Below, one piece after another: positions 49,368 through 58,752 of a stretch of 64,000 nucleotides of DNA (the stretch's first letter is position 1; each line of letters starts with the position of its first letter). The translations under genes and the position numbers were made by a program. The DNA comes from Fidelibacterota bacterium (GTDB lineage: Bacteria; Fidelibacterota; Marinisomatia; Marinisomatales; JABMOV01): contig JBHHUC010000001.1 of assembly GCA_046861395.1 (NCBI GenBank), positions 1 to 64,000 on the forward strand, in the 5' to 3' direction. A model generated the notes under the pieces. It was not told the DNA's origin and ran no database searches. It saw only the letters and a program-made list of their open reading frames with translations.

Positions 49368-50161
49368 TGAGTAATGTTCTCCAAATAGGTTTCAATATTG
49401 TTGCGGGCCATAAGACTGTCAAGAATTTTGCGGGAAGTGAGTAAAATACGTTTCTGTATCAATTGCTGTTGGATTTCGTCATAAGCTTCATCAAGGCTAA
49501 TAATTGAACCGGCAGGATATTGTTTCAATATTTCTATGACATGATAACGATCGTCAATTTGAATCGGTCCCAGAACCTGCCGGTTTCGGGCTTGAAAAAT
49601 CAAGTCATCAAGGGCCGGTAACAGGAACCCCTTTTTCACAATCGCGGCAGACACATCATAATCCACGAACAGAGCCTTCAGTTCGCCCCCGGAGCGTTTT
49701 TGTTTTAATATCCGGGCGATGTTCCTTGCTTCATTGAGTGACGGTACGGCAAAATGATAAACTTTTGCTTCGTCCACCAACCGGCGAAAGGAGGATTTAT
49801 TTTCTTCATAATAGGCCTTGATTTCAGCCCCGCTCAGGGGGTTGCTGACAGTTACCAGTTCTTCCATAACCGAATCCCCGAGCAGTTTGCGCCGGTATTC
49901 ATCCACCATTGATTGCAGCGTCCGGTCCTTATCGTAAGCATGTTCCAGGGCGGTCTGATACAGAACTTCATCCATAATCCAACGGGAAACAATATGATTC
50001 GGCGTAAGATTGGGGTCGGAATAATTTTTCTGTAACAGCTGAAAGTCTTCGACCGTAAGGACGTGGTCGTTCACCCGGGCGATAATAACCGGCTGCTCGG
50101 AAGCGGGCTTGGTGCACGCCACCAGAAGCAGGGTGCAGGTCCATAAAACGATGAATCTCAT
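49364..50161 (-). CDS. PrsA/SurA-like foldase lipoprotein (degenerate PPIase)
   Basis: Lipobox LLVAC, IIARVND, EIKAYYEENK, GPIQ..YHVI. Sits in the mfd-ppi-surA context. Confidence 0.7.
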   Translation of the reverse strand: MRFIVLWTCTLLLVACTKPASEQPVIIARVNDHVLTVEDFQLLQKNYSDPNLTPNHIVSRWIMDEVLYQTALEHAYDKDRTLQSMVDEYRRKLLGDSVMEELVTVSNPLSGAEIKAYYEENKSSFRRLVDEAKVYHFAVPSLNEARNIARILKQKRSGGELKALFVDYDVSAAIVKKGFLLPALDDLIFQARNRQVLGPIQIDDRYHVIEILKQYPAGSIISLDEAYDEIQQQLIQKRILLTSRKILDSLMARNNIETYLENITQ

Positions 50162-50169
50162 AAAATAAA

Positions 50170-53100
50170 TTACGGCGAGTGAAGCCCGAACAGGTCCTTA
50201 AAAGTTTCCACTACGGCCATGACCGCTTCCGGGTTCCCTGCCCGAACGCTCACCAGAATATCGTCTGTTTTGGTTCGGGGAGAAAGCGAAAAGGGATTAC
50301 CAAGAGACCGCAGCCTCCGGCTCAACGCATCAATCATTTCCAAGGGAGAAGAAAAGGGGGCAAACCCGGACAATATAACGGTTACCTCCGTTTTAGTCAG
50401 CCTCAGGCTGTGTATCGGCGTTCCGCGGCAGCCGGCCCGGAGGAGCGCTACGGCAACCAGCCGCTGTGCCGACGGGGGAAGCGGTCCAAACCGGTCCCGG
50501 ATTTCAGCCTGAATTTCCCGTATATCCGCTTCCCGCACTGCTTCGGACAGGCGTTTGTAGAAAAAGATACGATCTTCAACCTGCGGCATATATTCGGAAT
50601 CCAGCAAGGCCGGCTCGGAGATGACGACGGAAACAGGAGGCGGAGCCGAATCCGTTTTCCCCAAGGTTTCATCAACCGCCTCTTTCAATATCTGACAGTA
50701 AAGATCAAATCCCACGGCCGCGATATTCCCGCTCTGTTTATATCCGAACAGATTTCCGGCCCCTCGGATTTCCAGGTCCTTGAGGGCGATATCCAAACCG
50801 GAACCAAGTGAAGTATACTGTTCAATGGCCTTCAGCCGTTTGAAAGCGTCATTTGTGAGAGAAACATTCATTGGCAGAAGAAGGTAGCAAAAGGCTTGTC
50901 TGTAGCTCCGTCCCACGCGCCCCCGAATTTGATAGAGTTGCGCTAGGCCGAACCTGTGTGCCTGGTCGATGATAATGGTATTGGCATTTGAAACATCCAG
51001 GCCCGACTCAATGATGGTTGTACACAGGAGAATATCAATTTCACCACGGAAAAACGCCAAAACAATTTTTTCCAGATCACGGCTCCTCATCTGACCATAA
51101 GCAATGGCCACACGGGCTGAGGGAATTCTTGATGTTACCTCTTTATAAACAAATGGTAATGTATCAACGGAATTGTGCAAAAAATAACTTTGGCCGCCGC
51201 GATCGAGTTCGGCTTTTAATACCCGTGCAACGACATCCCAATCATGATATTTGATGAAAGTATGAATGGGTTTTCGTGAAAGGGGTGGCGTCTGAATTTT
51301 GCTGATATCCCGAATACCGACGAGAGACTGTTGGAGCGTCCGTGGAATGGGCGTAGCAGTCAACGTCAGTACGTCAACCGTTGTCTTGAGCCGTTTTAGC
51401 GTTTCCTTATGTTTCACGCCGAAACGATGTTCTTCGTCAACAATCAACAACCCCAAATCGGGGAAGGTCACATCCTGTGACAAAAGCCGATGGGTGCCGA
51501 TCACCACATCCACCTCTCCCCGCAGCATACTTTCCAGAACGGCAAGCTGCTCGTTATTTTTGCGGAACCGGGAAAGAAGGTCAACGGACACACCTACGGG
51601 CTTCAAGCGCGACGTAAATGAAATGAAATGTTGATCGGCGAGAATGGTGGTGGGAGTAAGCAGTAGGACCTTTTTACCACTGGCCACCGCCTTGATGGTT
51701 GCCCTGATGGCCACCTCTGTCTTACCAAACCCCACATCGCCGCAGATAAGTCGGTCCATCGGCCTGTCCCGTTCCATGTCCCGGACAACATCCTGAATGG
51801 CTTGAGCCTGATCCGGCGTTTCTTCAAAGGAAAAGGATTGAGCCACCGCCTCATATAACTCGTCGTTAGGTTGATAGCAGAATCCGCGGGAACGATTCCG
51901 ATTGGCGTACATGGTCAGTAAATCCTGAACCACAACCTGGGTGGATTTTTTCACGCGTAGCTTCAGGTTATGCCAGGATTTTGTTCCCAGCCGCGTTAAG
52001 GCCGGAGGGCGACCACCACCATGGATAAACTTATGAATTTTATCAAACTTATCAATAGGAACATAAATATTGGAACCGTCGGCGTATTCAATGGTGATAC
52101 ATTCGGACGTCATATCGTTTTGCTGTAGCGTTTTCAGTCCTCGATATCGGCCAATACCATAATCGCGATGAACCAATAAATCACCCCACTCAATATCATC
52201 GATTGCCGAAATGGATTCGTAGGGCGAATAGGCGATTTCGTCTGCCGCCCAGCGATAGCGATCCGGGGCCGTCCGCTGAAAAAAAACAGGCAGCGAGAGA
52301 CAAAGGAAATTTTGTTCAAGAATTTCAAAATGATCAGCCAGGCTGCCGTGAACCAACACAGGCGACCGAAAGGGCAGCTTTTCAAGACGAACCGCTGACT
52401 GCGAATTGTCGGAAAAAGCGAAAACGTCAGAGTGGTGTGCGTCAGAATTAAGGTCCGGCCGTTGAGCCCGAATAACCGTTTTATTGTCATCGTCACCCCT
52501 TTGTAACAGACAAACATCCTGCTTTATGGTCCTCAGGTGCCACTCATCGGATTGCTGCAATAATTGCTGAAGGGTATAATTTTCCCGCTCCGTTGTTTCG
52601 TCCCACGACGGTGGAAGAATATCAAGATATTCCAAATCATGCACCCGCCGTTGCGAGAGGGGATTGAAGGTTCTCAGCGACTCCAGGCGATTGCCAAAAA
52701 ACTCCAGCCTTACAGGAAGCGCGGCATAAAGCAGAAAAACATCAAGGATTCCACCGCGGGATGCAAATGTTTTCGGATAGGTTACTTTATCGCAAGGTTC
52801 AAAACCCCAGGCAACCAATGTGCGAACGATGTGTTCTTTTGATATATCGGCATCTACGGTTAAATGAAACCCTTCCTGACGACTGTTTACCGGGTTTTTG
52901 ACGGGAGTCTGTAGCCCGCCTTCAGTGGTAATGATCAACCCGCTGTTTTTCTGTACAAGAGCATTGTAGGCCTCGGACTGAAAACGTTCATATTCCAGAT
53001 TAAACCCTTCGACATCCTGCCGTTCCATAGGTTGCTCCGGAAAGAAGAAAACAGAGTCGGGACGGAGATTGAAACAGAATCGATACAGCTCTTCCGCTTG

Positions 53101-53283
53101 TCGGCCGGAGAGACAAACACAGTGGACCCGGTCGATCTCCCGCGGAAGATTCAGGAGGGCAACAGAAACAAAGGAAACGGGACCAAGAAAAGAATGTTCT
53201 CTGGCCGGACGCCCACCTAAAACACGATCGATGAAAAGATCGAAGAAAGAATAGAGAGAAAGCGTTTCACGTGAAACATTCAT
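50170..53283 (-). CDS. mfd: transcription-repair coupling factor
   Basis: RGGILDVF, RID HRDYGIG, GDVGFGKTE, DEEHRFG, TATPIPRT, QIRGRVGR, DLEIRGAG. Confidence 0.95.
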   Translation of the reverse strand: MNVSRETLSLYSFFDLFIDRVLGGRPAREHSFLGPVSFVSVALLNLPREIDRVHCVCLSGRQAEELYRFCFNLRPDSVFFFPEQPMERQDVEGFNLEYERFQSEAYNALVQKNSGLIITTEGGLQTPVKNPVNSRQEGFHLTVDADISKEHIVRTLVAWGFEPCDKVTYPKTFASRGGILDVFLLYAALPVRLEFFGNRLESLRTFNPLSQRRVHDLEYLDILPPSWDETTERENYTLQQLLQQSDEWHLRTIKQDVCLLQRGDDDNKTVIRAQRPDLNSDAHHSDVFAFSDNSQSAVRLEKLPFRSPVLVHGSLADHFEILEQNFLCLSLPVFFQRTAPDRYRWAADEIAYSPYESISAIDDIEWGDLLVHRDYGIGRYRGLKTLQQNDMTSECITIEYADGSNIYVPIDKFDKIHKFIHGGGRPPALTRLGTKSWHNLKLRVKKSTQVVVQDLLTMYANRNRSRGFCYQPNDELYEAVAQSFSFEETPDQAQAIQDVVRDMERDRPMDRLICGDVGFGKTEVAIRATIKAVASGKKVLLLTPTTILADQHFISFTSRLKPVGVSVDLLSRFRKNNEQLAVLESMLRGEVDVVIGTHRLLSQDVTFPDLGLLIVDEEHRFGVKHKETLKRLKTTVDVLTLTATPIPRTLQQSLVGIRDISKIQTPPLSRKPIHTFIKYHDWDVVARVLKAELDRGGQSYFLHNSVDTLPFVYKEVTSRIPSARVAIAYGQMRSRDLEKIVLAFFRGEIDILLCTTIIESGLDVSNANTIIIDQAHRFGLAQLYQIRGRVGRSYRQAFCYLLLPMNVSLTNDAFKRLKAIEQYTSLGSGLDIALKDLEIRGAGNLFGYKQSGNIAAVGFDLYCQILKEAVDETLGKTDSAPPPVSVVISEPALLDSEYMPQVEDRIFFYKRLSEAVREADIREIQAEIRDRFGPLPPSAQRLVAVALLRAGCRGTPIHSLRLTKTEVTVILSGFAPFSSPLEMIDALSRRLRSLGNPFSLSPRTKTDDILVSVRAGNPEAVMAVVETFKDLFGLHSP
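53263..53278. promoter_or_regulatory. parS centromere site
   Basis: CGTTTCACGTGAAACA, 15/16 to consensus TGTTTCACGTGAAACA. Lies in the first codons of mfd. Confidence 0.88.
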
Positions 53284-55160
53284 GTCTGGCGACCACGGGC
53301 CAATAAAACAGAGAGAACGGAAATGTCTGCCGGCGTAACACCGGAAATCCGCATGGCCTGCCCCAGGGTTTCCGGTCGAATACGAGTCAGCTTTTCCCGC
53401 GCCTCCAGGGAAAGGCTTGCAACTTCATGATAATTTAATGATGTCGGCAGACGATACGATTCTTGGCGGCGAAGTGTTTCAACCTGCCTTAATTGTCGGC
53501 GGATGTAACCTTCATACTTCACGCTGGTTTCGACCTCAAGGAAAACTTCATCCCGAAAACAGGGATCAATGTTTTGTAGTGGGACGTGCTGGAAAAGGCG
53601 CTCGGGAAGATCCTGCAGGGTAACTTCAGGACGCTTCAGGAGCGACCGAGCCGGAATCTTTTGTTTTATCGGAGCTTCTCCCGCCACCGACAGGGTGGGG
53701 TTAATTTCCTCCGGCAAAACCGAACCATCCAGAGCCGCTTGAATTTCATTCTCCATAATTAGCAGAGATTGCAACCGCTCATAATATGGCTCGTCAATGA
53801 GTCCGGCGGAAAAAGAAAGATCAGCCAGACGGCGGTGACTGTTTGAATATCGCAGCAGCAGTCGGTATTCGGCCCGGGAGGTAAACATGCGATACGGTTC
53901 AAGCGTATCCTTGGTAATCAGGTCATCGATTAAAACGCCGGCATAGGCCACACTGCGATCCAACAACACCGGAGCTTCGTCCATAACGTGTTTGGCGGCA
54001 TTAGCACCGGCGATTAATCCCTGAACCCCGGCCTCTTCGTAGCCGGAGGTGCCGTTGATCTGTCCCGCCAGAAAAAGACCGGTCACGGCTTTTGATTCCA
54101 GCGAAGCTTTTAGTTGTGAGGGTGGAAAAAAATCATATTCAATAGCATAGCCGGGCCGGAAAAAACAGGCGTTTTCAAAACCGGGAATCGCACGGATAGC
54201 CGCCAGCTGGACGTTTTCTGGGAGACTGGTGGAAAAGCCATTGATATAGATTTGATCTGAATTTTTCCATTCCGGCTCAAGAAAAAGCGTATGGGCACTC
54301 TGATGGGGAAAGCGATGTATTTTATCCTCAATGGAAGGACAATAACGGGGCCCAACACCGGACACGTCACCGGAAAACAAGGGCGAAGTATGAATATTTT
54401 CGCCAACGATGGAGTGTGTCTGACTTGTTGTTTTGGTCTGATAACAGGGAATGTTTTGCGGTTCAAAGTTTCGCGTACCGTAGGAAAACGGTGTGGGATT
54501 GTTGTCGCCGAATACAGGAGCTGTTTGGGCCCAATCTACCGTTTGTTTTATTAACCGGGGCGGCGTTCCGGTCTTCAGGCGGCCGCGGTGAAACCCAAGG
54601 GAAGCGAGGAATTCCGTTATTCCCGCGGCATAAGGTTCCCCCATACGCCCGGCACGAATCTTTCGTTCTCCAATATGAATCAAGCCGTTTAGAAATGTGC
54701 CGCAGGTCAGGACCACTGCTTTGGCATCAATAGATTCTCCACTGCGCAACACGACACCGGAGGTGTAACCTTCGGACACTAGAATGCGAACAACTTCGCC
54801 GCGCACCAGGGAGAATGTTTCCCGTTGAAATACAGCCGCTTGAATCTGTTGTTCATACAGCCGCTTGTCAATTTGTGCCCGGGGGGACCATACCGACCGA
54901 CCCTTGGAACGATTCAGCATTTTAAATTGTAGGCCGGTCTGATCGGCGATTTTGGGCATAAGGCCGCCCAGAACATCCATTTCACGTACGATTTGTCCCT
55001 TGGCTAGACCGCCAATTGCCGGGTTGCAGGACATACGGGCCACGGCGGCAGGGTCCAGTGTAACCAGGGCCGTTTTCAGTCCCCGGTTCAGGGCGGCATG
55101 GACGGCTTCGACGCCGGCATGGCCGCCACCCACGACGATAATGTCAACCAGGAGTTTCAC
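53280..55160 (-). CDS. mnmG: tRNA uridine-5-carboxymethylaminomethyl modification enzyme MnmG (GidA)
   Basis: GGGHAG, MSCNPAIGG, RLKTGTPPR, GPRYCPSIEDK, GQINGTSGYEEA, EPYRMFTSRAE. Confidence 0.98.
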   Translation of the reverse strand: MKLLVDIIVVGGGHAGVEAVHAALNRGLKTALVTLDPAAVARMSCNPAIGGLAKGQIVREMDVLGGLMPKIADQTGLQFKMLNRSKGRSVWSPRAQIDKRLYEQQIQAAVFQRETFSLVRGEVVRILVSEGYTSGVVLRSGESIDAKAVVLTCGTFLNGLIHIGERKIRAGRMGEPYAAGITEFLASLGFHRGRLKTGTPPRLIKQTVDWAQTAPVFGDNNPTPFSYGTRNFEPQNIPCYQTKTTSQTHSIVGENIHTSPLFSGDVSGVGPRYCPSIEDKIHRFPHQSAHTLFLEPEWKNSDQIYINGFSTSLPENVQLAAIRAIPGFENACFFRPGYAIEYDFFPPSQLKASLESKAVTGLFLAGQINGTSGYEEAGVQGLIAGANAAKHVMDEAPVLLDRSVAYAGVLIDDLITKDTLEPYRMFTSRAEYRLLLRYSNSHRRLADLSFSAGLIDEPYYERLQSLLIMENEIQAALDGSVLPEEINPTLSVAGEAPIKQKIPARSLLKRPEVTLQDLPERLFQHVPLQNIDPCFRDEVFLEVETSVKYEGYIRRQLRQVETLRRQESYRLPTSLNYHEVASLSLEAREKLTRIRPETLGQAMRISGVTPADISVLSVLLARGRQT

Positions 55161-55168
55161 GTGAAACT
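55153..55168. promoter_or_regulatory. parS centromere site
   Basis: Perfect 16-bp palindrome AGTTTCACGTGAAACT spanning the mnmE stop / mnmG GTG start junction. Confidence 0.88.
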
Positions 55169-56511
55169 TACTTCCCTACGCAAAAGGATTGAAAAACAGA
55201 TTCAATGATATCGTCAGGCGTTGTTTTTCCCAGAACCATATCAACGGCCGTAATGGCCTCTCGCAGTTCCACCGCCACAAGCTCCAGCGGCACGGAAGGT
55301 GAACCCAACAATGCGGAGGCTCGGGACAAAGCGGCTTGGCATGATTCAACGGAATGGAGCTGCCGGGCAGTGGTCAGGGCCAGCTGGGAAGATGAAACCG
55401 TGGACAACCCCAAACGCTCAACCAGGGCGGCTTCCAGACGATCGAGACCACAGCCTGTCTGGGCAGAAACAATCAAGGCCTGTTTTTTCAAGTTGTCCGG
55501 TTGACGACCCTCTGGGATAAGGTCGTATTTATTAAAGACCTCGAGAAAGGGAATATCCGGGATGTCGATTAACGTGTTATTGCTGTGATCATTGGTTAGG
55601 TCGTGTACCACGAGAATACAATCGGCCTCCGCCATGGATCGGCGGGTCCTGCGCACCCCCTCTTTTTCAATCTCGTCCTGAGCTTCGCGCAGTCCGGCTG
55701 TATCCACCAGAGTGACGACTACACCGCGCAGAACCAGAGCGACCTCAATGCTGTCCCGCGTTGTTCCCGGCTTGGGACTGGTAATGGCCCGGTCGCTTCC
55801 GGCCAGAGCATTCAGAAGTGTAGATTTTCCTGCATTAGGCTTTCCAACAATCACAACCCGGGCCCCACGGGTCAGCAGCCGACCCCGGGCGTAAGACTCC
55901 GCCAGCGTGTTCAACTGAGACCGCAAATAGGCTATGCCTTTGTTTAGAGAGTGAATTAAATCCGGCTGAAGTTCGTCTTCGGAAATGTCAAGATCAAACT
56001 CTACCCGCGCCAGCAGGCTGACAAGTGCCGCTTTGATTTCAGTAAAAAGATGGGACAATTGTCCTTTGATGAGACGCGTGTTTAAGGCTGCGCTGACGGT
56101 GGATTGTGCCGAAATTAAAGCACCAACACTTTCGGCCTGGATCAGATCATATTTTCCATTGAGAAAAGCACGTTGGGTAAACTCACCGGGACCGGCCAAA
56201 TCAGCCCCCAGTTCCCTGCAACGCCGAACCAGAGCCTGGACAATTAGGGGATTACCATGACACATGATTTCAACCACATCTTCGCCTGTATATGATTCCG
56301 GCCCTTTATAATACAGTAGAATTCCCTCATCAATTTCGGCACCATTGGCTTCCCGGAACGACGCAAAATGGGCATAGCGTACGCGGAGGGTTTTTTTATT
56401 GACCAGTGTCAGCGCCAGCGAAAGGGAACGAGCGCCACTGAGACGTATAACAGCCAGGCCCCCAACCCCGCCAGGGGTAGCCGGAGCCACAACCGTTGTT
56501 GAGTGTATCAT
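55168..56511 (-). CDS. mnmE: tRNA modification GTPase MnmE (TrmE)
   Basis: SYTGED, GEFTQRAFLNGK, GKPNAGKS, GTTRD, DTAG, NKYD, C-terminal FCVGK. Confidence 0.97.
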   Translation of the reverse strand: MIHSTTVVAPATPGGVGGLAVIRLSGARSLSLALTLVNKKTLRVRYAHFASFREANGAEIDEGILLYYKGPESYTGEDVVEIMCHGNPLIVQALVRRCRELGADLAGPGEFTQRAFLNGKYDLIQAESVGALISAQSTVSAALNTRLIKGQLSHLFTEIKAALVSLLARVEFDLDISEDELQPDLIHSLNKGIAYLRSQLNTLAESYARGRLLTRGARVVIVGKPNAGKSTLLNALAGSDRAITSPKPGTTRDSIEVALVLRGVVVTLVDTAGLREAQDEIEKEGVRRTRRSMAEADCILVVHDLTNDHSNNTLIDIPDIPFLEVFNKYDLIPEGRQPDNLKKQALIVSAQTGCGLDRLEAALVERLGLSTVSSSQLALTTARQLHSVESCQAALSRASALLGSPSVPLELVAVELREAITAVDMVLGKTTPDDIIESVFQSFCVGK

Positions 56512-58199
56512 TTTCGCGGTGGAGATGTATTCTTAACGGTAACCGGAGCCGGCGTGTGTGGCGTCAGATATTTTTGTTGTAATATTGTTAATATATTGAA
56601 GAGTGTGTAATACAGGTTCAGCCCCGATGGAAAACGATAAAAAACAAATAATAAAACCACATTCATCACATACATCATAGATTTATTCTGTCCTGGCTGG
56701 GTGGGCATCATGGATTGCTGGACGATCATGGTAACAGCCATAACAACGGGTAAAACATTTAAAGGAAATCCGGCAATTTCGACCAATGTGTCGGGCGCGG
56801 AGAGATCTTTGATCCAAAGAATAAAAGGAGCGCCACGCAATTCAATGGTTGAACGAAAAACCTGAAACAGGGCGATCAACAACGGCATCTGTAACAACAG
56901 CGGCAGACATCCTCCTAGAGGATTGACACCCATTTCTTTGTACATCTCCATAGTGGCCTTGTTCAATTGCTGCGGATTGTTTTTATATTTCTCCTTTAAA
57001 GCCTGCAGTTGCGGTTGAACTTCCTGCATTTTTCTGGTGGACTGATAGCTTTTCTTTGTTAGTGGGTAAACAACTATTTTTACAAGAATTGAAAACAGAA
57101 TAAGGATAAAACCATAATTGGGAATATATTTATGCATGGATGTCAACAGAAACAGCACGCCACGACTGATGGGTCGAATAACGGACCATCCCATGGTCAT
57201 AGCCTGGTCCACATCGTGCCCCAGTGCCTTGATTCGATTGTATTCCAAGGGGCCAAAGTAAAGGGTTGTGCTTGTGGCGTTGTCCGCCTTCAGGGTCAGG
57301 GCAACATTATACCGCGGGACATTCATGTCATCATATTGGCCGAAGACGACGGCGCCGACGGCGGCAGATTGCGGAATCAAGGCCGAAAGAAAATACTTGG
57401 ACCGCACGGCGACCCAGGCTGTTTGTCCCAGGTAGGATTCGGAAAGCGGTTTATCGTCCTTCATCTTCGGTGTGAACAACTCGTCGCCCTGAAAAACATA
57501 ACCCTTGAAATAAAACAAATCATCCTTACGACTTTTTTCGGTAATTGGCATCCCTCCCCACCAGGAAAGGTCATAAAGGCCCTGTGACAATTCCGGCTCC
57601 AGGAAAGACATGTCCACATCAACGTTTACCCGGTAGGAGTCGGGGAAAAAGGTTAGTGTTTTTATAATTTTTTCATCAAGAAAACGGGTTTCAAATGACA
57701 GGGATAACGACCCGTCATCCACTTGATAGGTGCCTTCCTTGGAGGACGCTTGCCAATGATGATCCAGTCGGAAGTCATCACCGTCGATCGTCCGGCCGGA
57801 AAGAACAAGGTTGCTTCTGTTTTTTGCATCAATGAGATTTACCAGGGAAGAGTCAAACATTGAATATTTATGCAGTTTAAAAGAAAGGAAAGAACCCCCG
57901 TTTTGATTGCTTACAACAGCTTCGTATAGATCGGTGGAAATAATATAGACTCGTTCCTTCGCTTCTTCTGGGAGCGGTACAGTTGCCACGTCTTTTGGCT
58001 CTGCGGGCGCTGTTTCCGATCGAACTTCAGCCGCTGATTGCTTTTCCCGGGTGGGGATTGTGTTGTCCTCCGGAGAGGAAACAGTTTCCCGCTCGACCGG
58101 CGGGCCGGTCGGCGGCGGTGCCACCATTTCCATATAATACGGTGTAATGATAATGATCAGTGCGATGAGAATAAAAGCAGTAATTGTATTTTTATCCAT
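56508..58199 (-). CDS. yidC: membrane protein insertase YidC
   Basis: Large periplasmic domain, NYG, GGCLPLLLQMP, WIKDLSAPD, PSGLNLYY. Confidence 0.97.
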   Translation of the reverse strand: MDKNTITAFILIALIIIITPYYMEMVAPPPTGPPVERETVSSPEDNTIPTREKQSAAEVRSETAPAEPKDVATVPLPEEAKERVYIISTDLYEAVVSNQNGGSFLSFKLHKYSMFDSSLVNLIDAKNRSNLVLSGRTIDGDDFRLDHHWQASSKEGTYQVDDGSLSLSFETRFLDEKIIKTLTFFPDSYRVNVDVDMSFLEPELSQGLYDLSWWGGMPITEKSRKDDLFYFKGYVFQGDELFTPKMKDDKPLSESYLGQTAWVAVRSKYFLSALIPQSAAVGAVVFGQYDDMNVPRYNVALTLKADNATSTTLYFGPLEYNRIKALGHDVDQAMTMGWSVIRPISRGVLFLLTSMHKYIPNYGFILILFSILVKIVVYPLTKKSYQSTRKMQEVQPQLQALKEKYKNNPQQLNKATMEMYKEMGVNPLGGCLPLLLQMPLLIALFQVFRSTIELRGAPFILWIKDLSAPDTLVEIAGFPLNVLPVVMAVTMIVQQSMMPTQPGQNKSMMYVMNVVLLFVFYRFPSGLNLYYTLFNILTILQQKYLTPHTPAPVTVKNTSPPRK

Positions 58200-58450
58200 T
58201 AGGGTACCGGGTCATAGCCGCCGCGATGCAGCGGTTGGCATTTTGAAATGCGCTTAAGGGTTAAACAAAGGGCGTTGGGGAAAGACTTTTCCGAAAAAGC
58301 CTGATAGGCATAATGGGAACAGGTAGGTGAAAAGCGACAGTGGGGTCGGAGCAGGGGCGAAATAAAAGTTTGATATAGAAAAAGAAGCGCTCTTACGCTG
58401 GCGCGTAAAAGCCGATCAATATATCTGAACAGGCGTCGGATGATAGCCAC
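58199..58450 (-). CDS. yidD: membrane protein insertion efficiency factor YidD
   Basis: [31 protein letters not shown]. Confidence 0.95.
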   Translation of the reverse strand: MAIIRRLFRYIDRLLRASVRALLFLYQTFISPLLRPHCRFSPTCSHYAYQAFSEKSFPNALCLTLKRISKCQPLHRGGYDPVP

Positions 58451-58454
58451 ACCA

Positions 58455-58589
58455 TTAGGCGGAAAGGACCTTACGTCCCTTTTTTCGTCTGCGGGCGATT
58501 ACACGTCGACCACCGACAGTTGCCATGCGGGCACGGAAGCCGTGTTTATTCTTTCTTTTTCGGCTGCTGGGTTGAAACGTGCGTTTCAT
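58455..58589 (-). CDS. rpmH: 50S ribosomal protein L34
   Basis: Manual translation [44 protein letters not shown] (44 aa, below the ORF-track cutoff). Confidence 0.98.
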   Translation of the reverse strand: MKRTFQPSSRKRKNKHGFRARMATVGGRRVIARRRKKGRKVLSA

Positions 58590-58732
58590 TTTCACTCCAT
58601 TTTTAGCCCGGAAAACTATGAAATGATCCAGTGTTTATCCAAAGAAAATAATTTGACCAAAAAAGTTGTAAAATCCTGGGGAAAGCGCTCGGTTCATTCA
58701 AATTTTTTCGAGTAAATTAAATAAAACAGAAC

Positions 58733-58752
58733 TGTGGAAAACTTGTGGATAA
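58733..58752. promoter_or_regulatory. tandem DnaA boxes at the dnaA start
   Basis: TGTGGAAAA (58733-58741) and perfect TGTGGATAA (58744-58752), the latter containing the predicted GTG start. Confidence 0.7.

Noticed and set aside
51410..51426. Third parS-like sequence TGTTTCACGCCGAAACG inside mfd
   Set aside because: An extra base breaks the palindrome, and it is explained by the conserved RFGVKHKE coding motif.
58440..58715. 91-aa + strand ORF as a possible rnpA
   Set aside because: It is antisense to rpmH, on the wrong strand, and lacks the RnpA K..A..RNR.KR motif.
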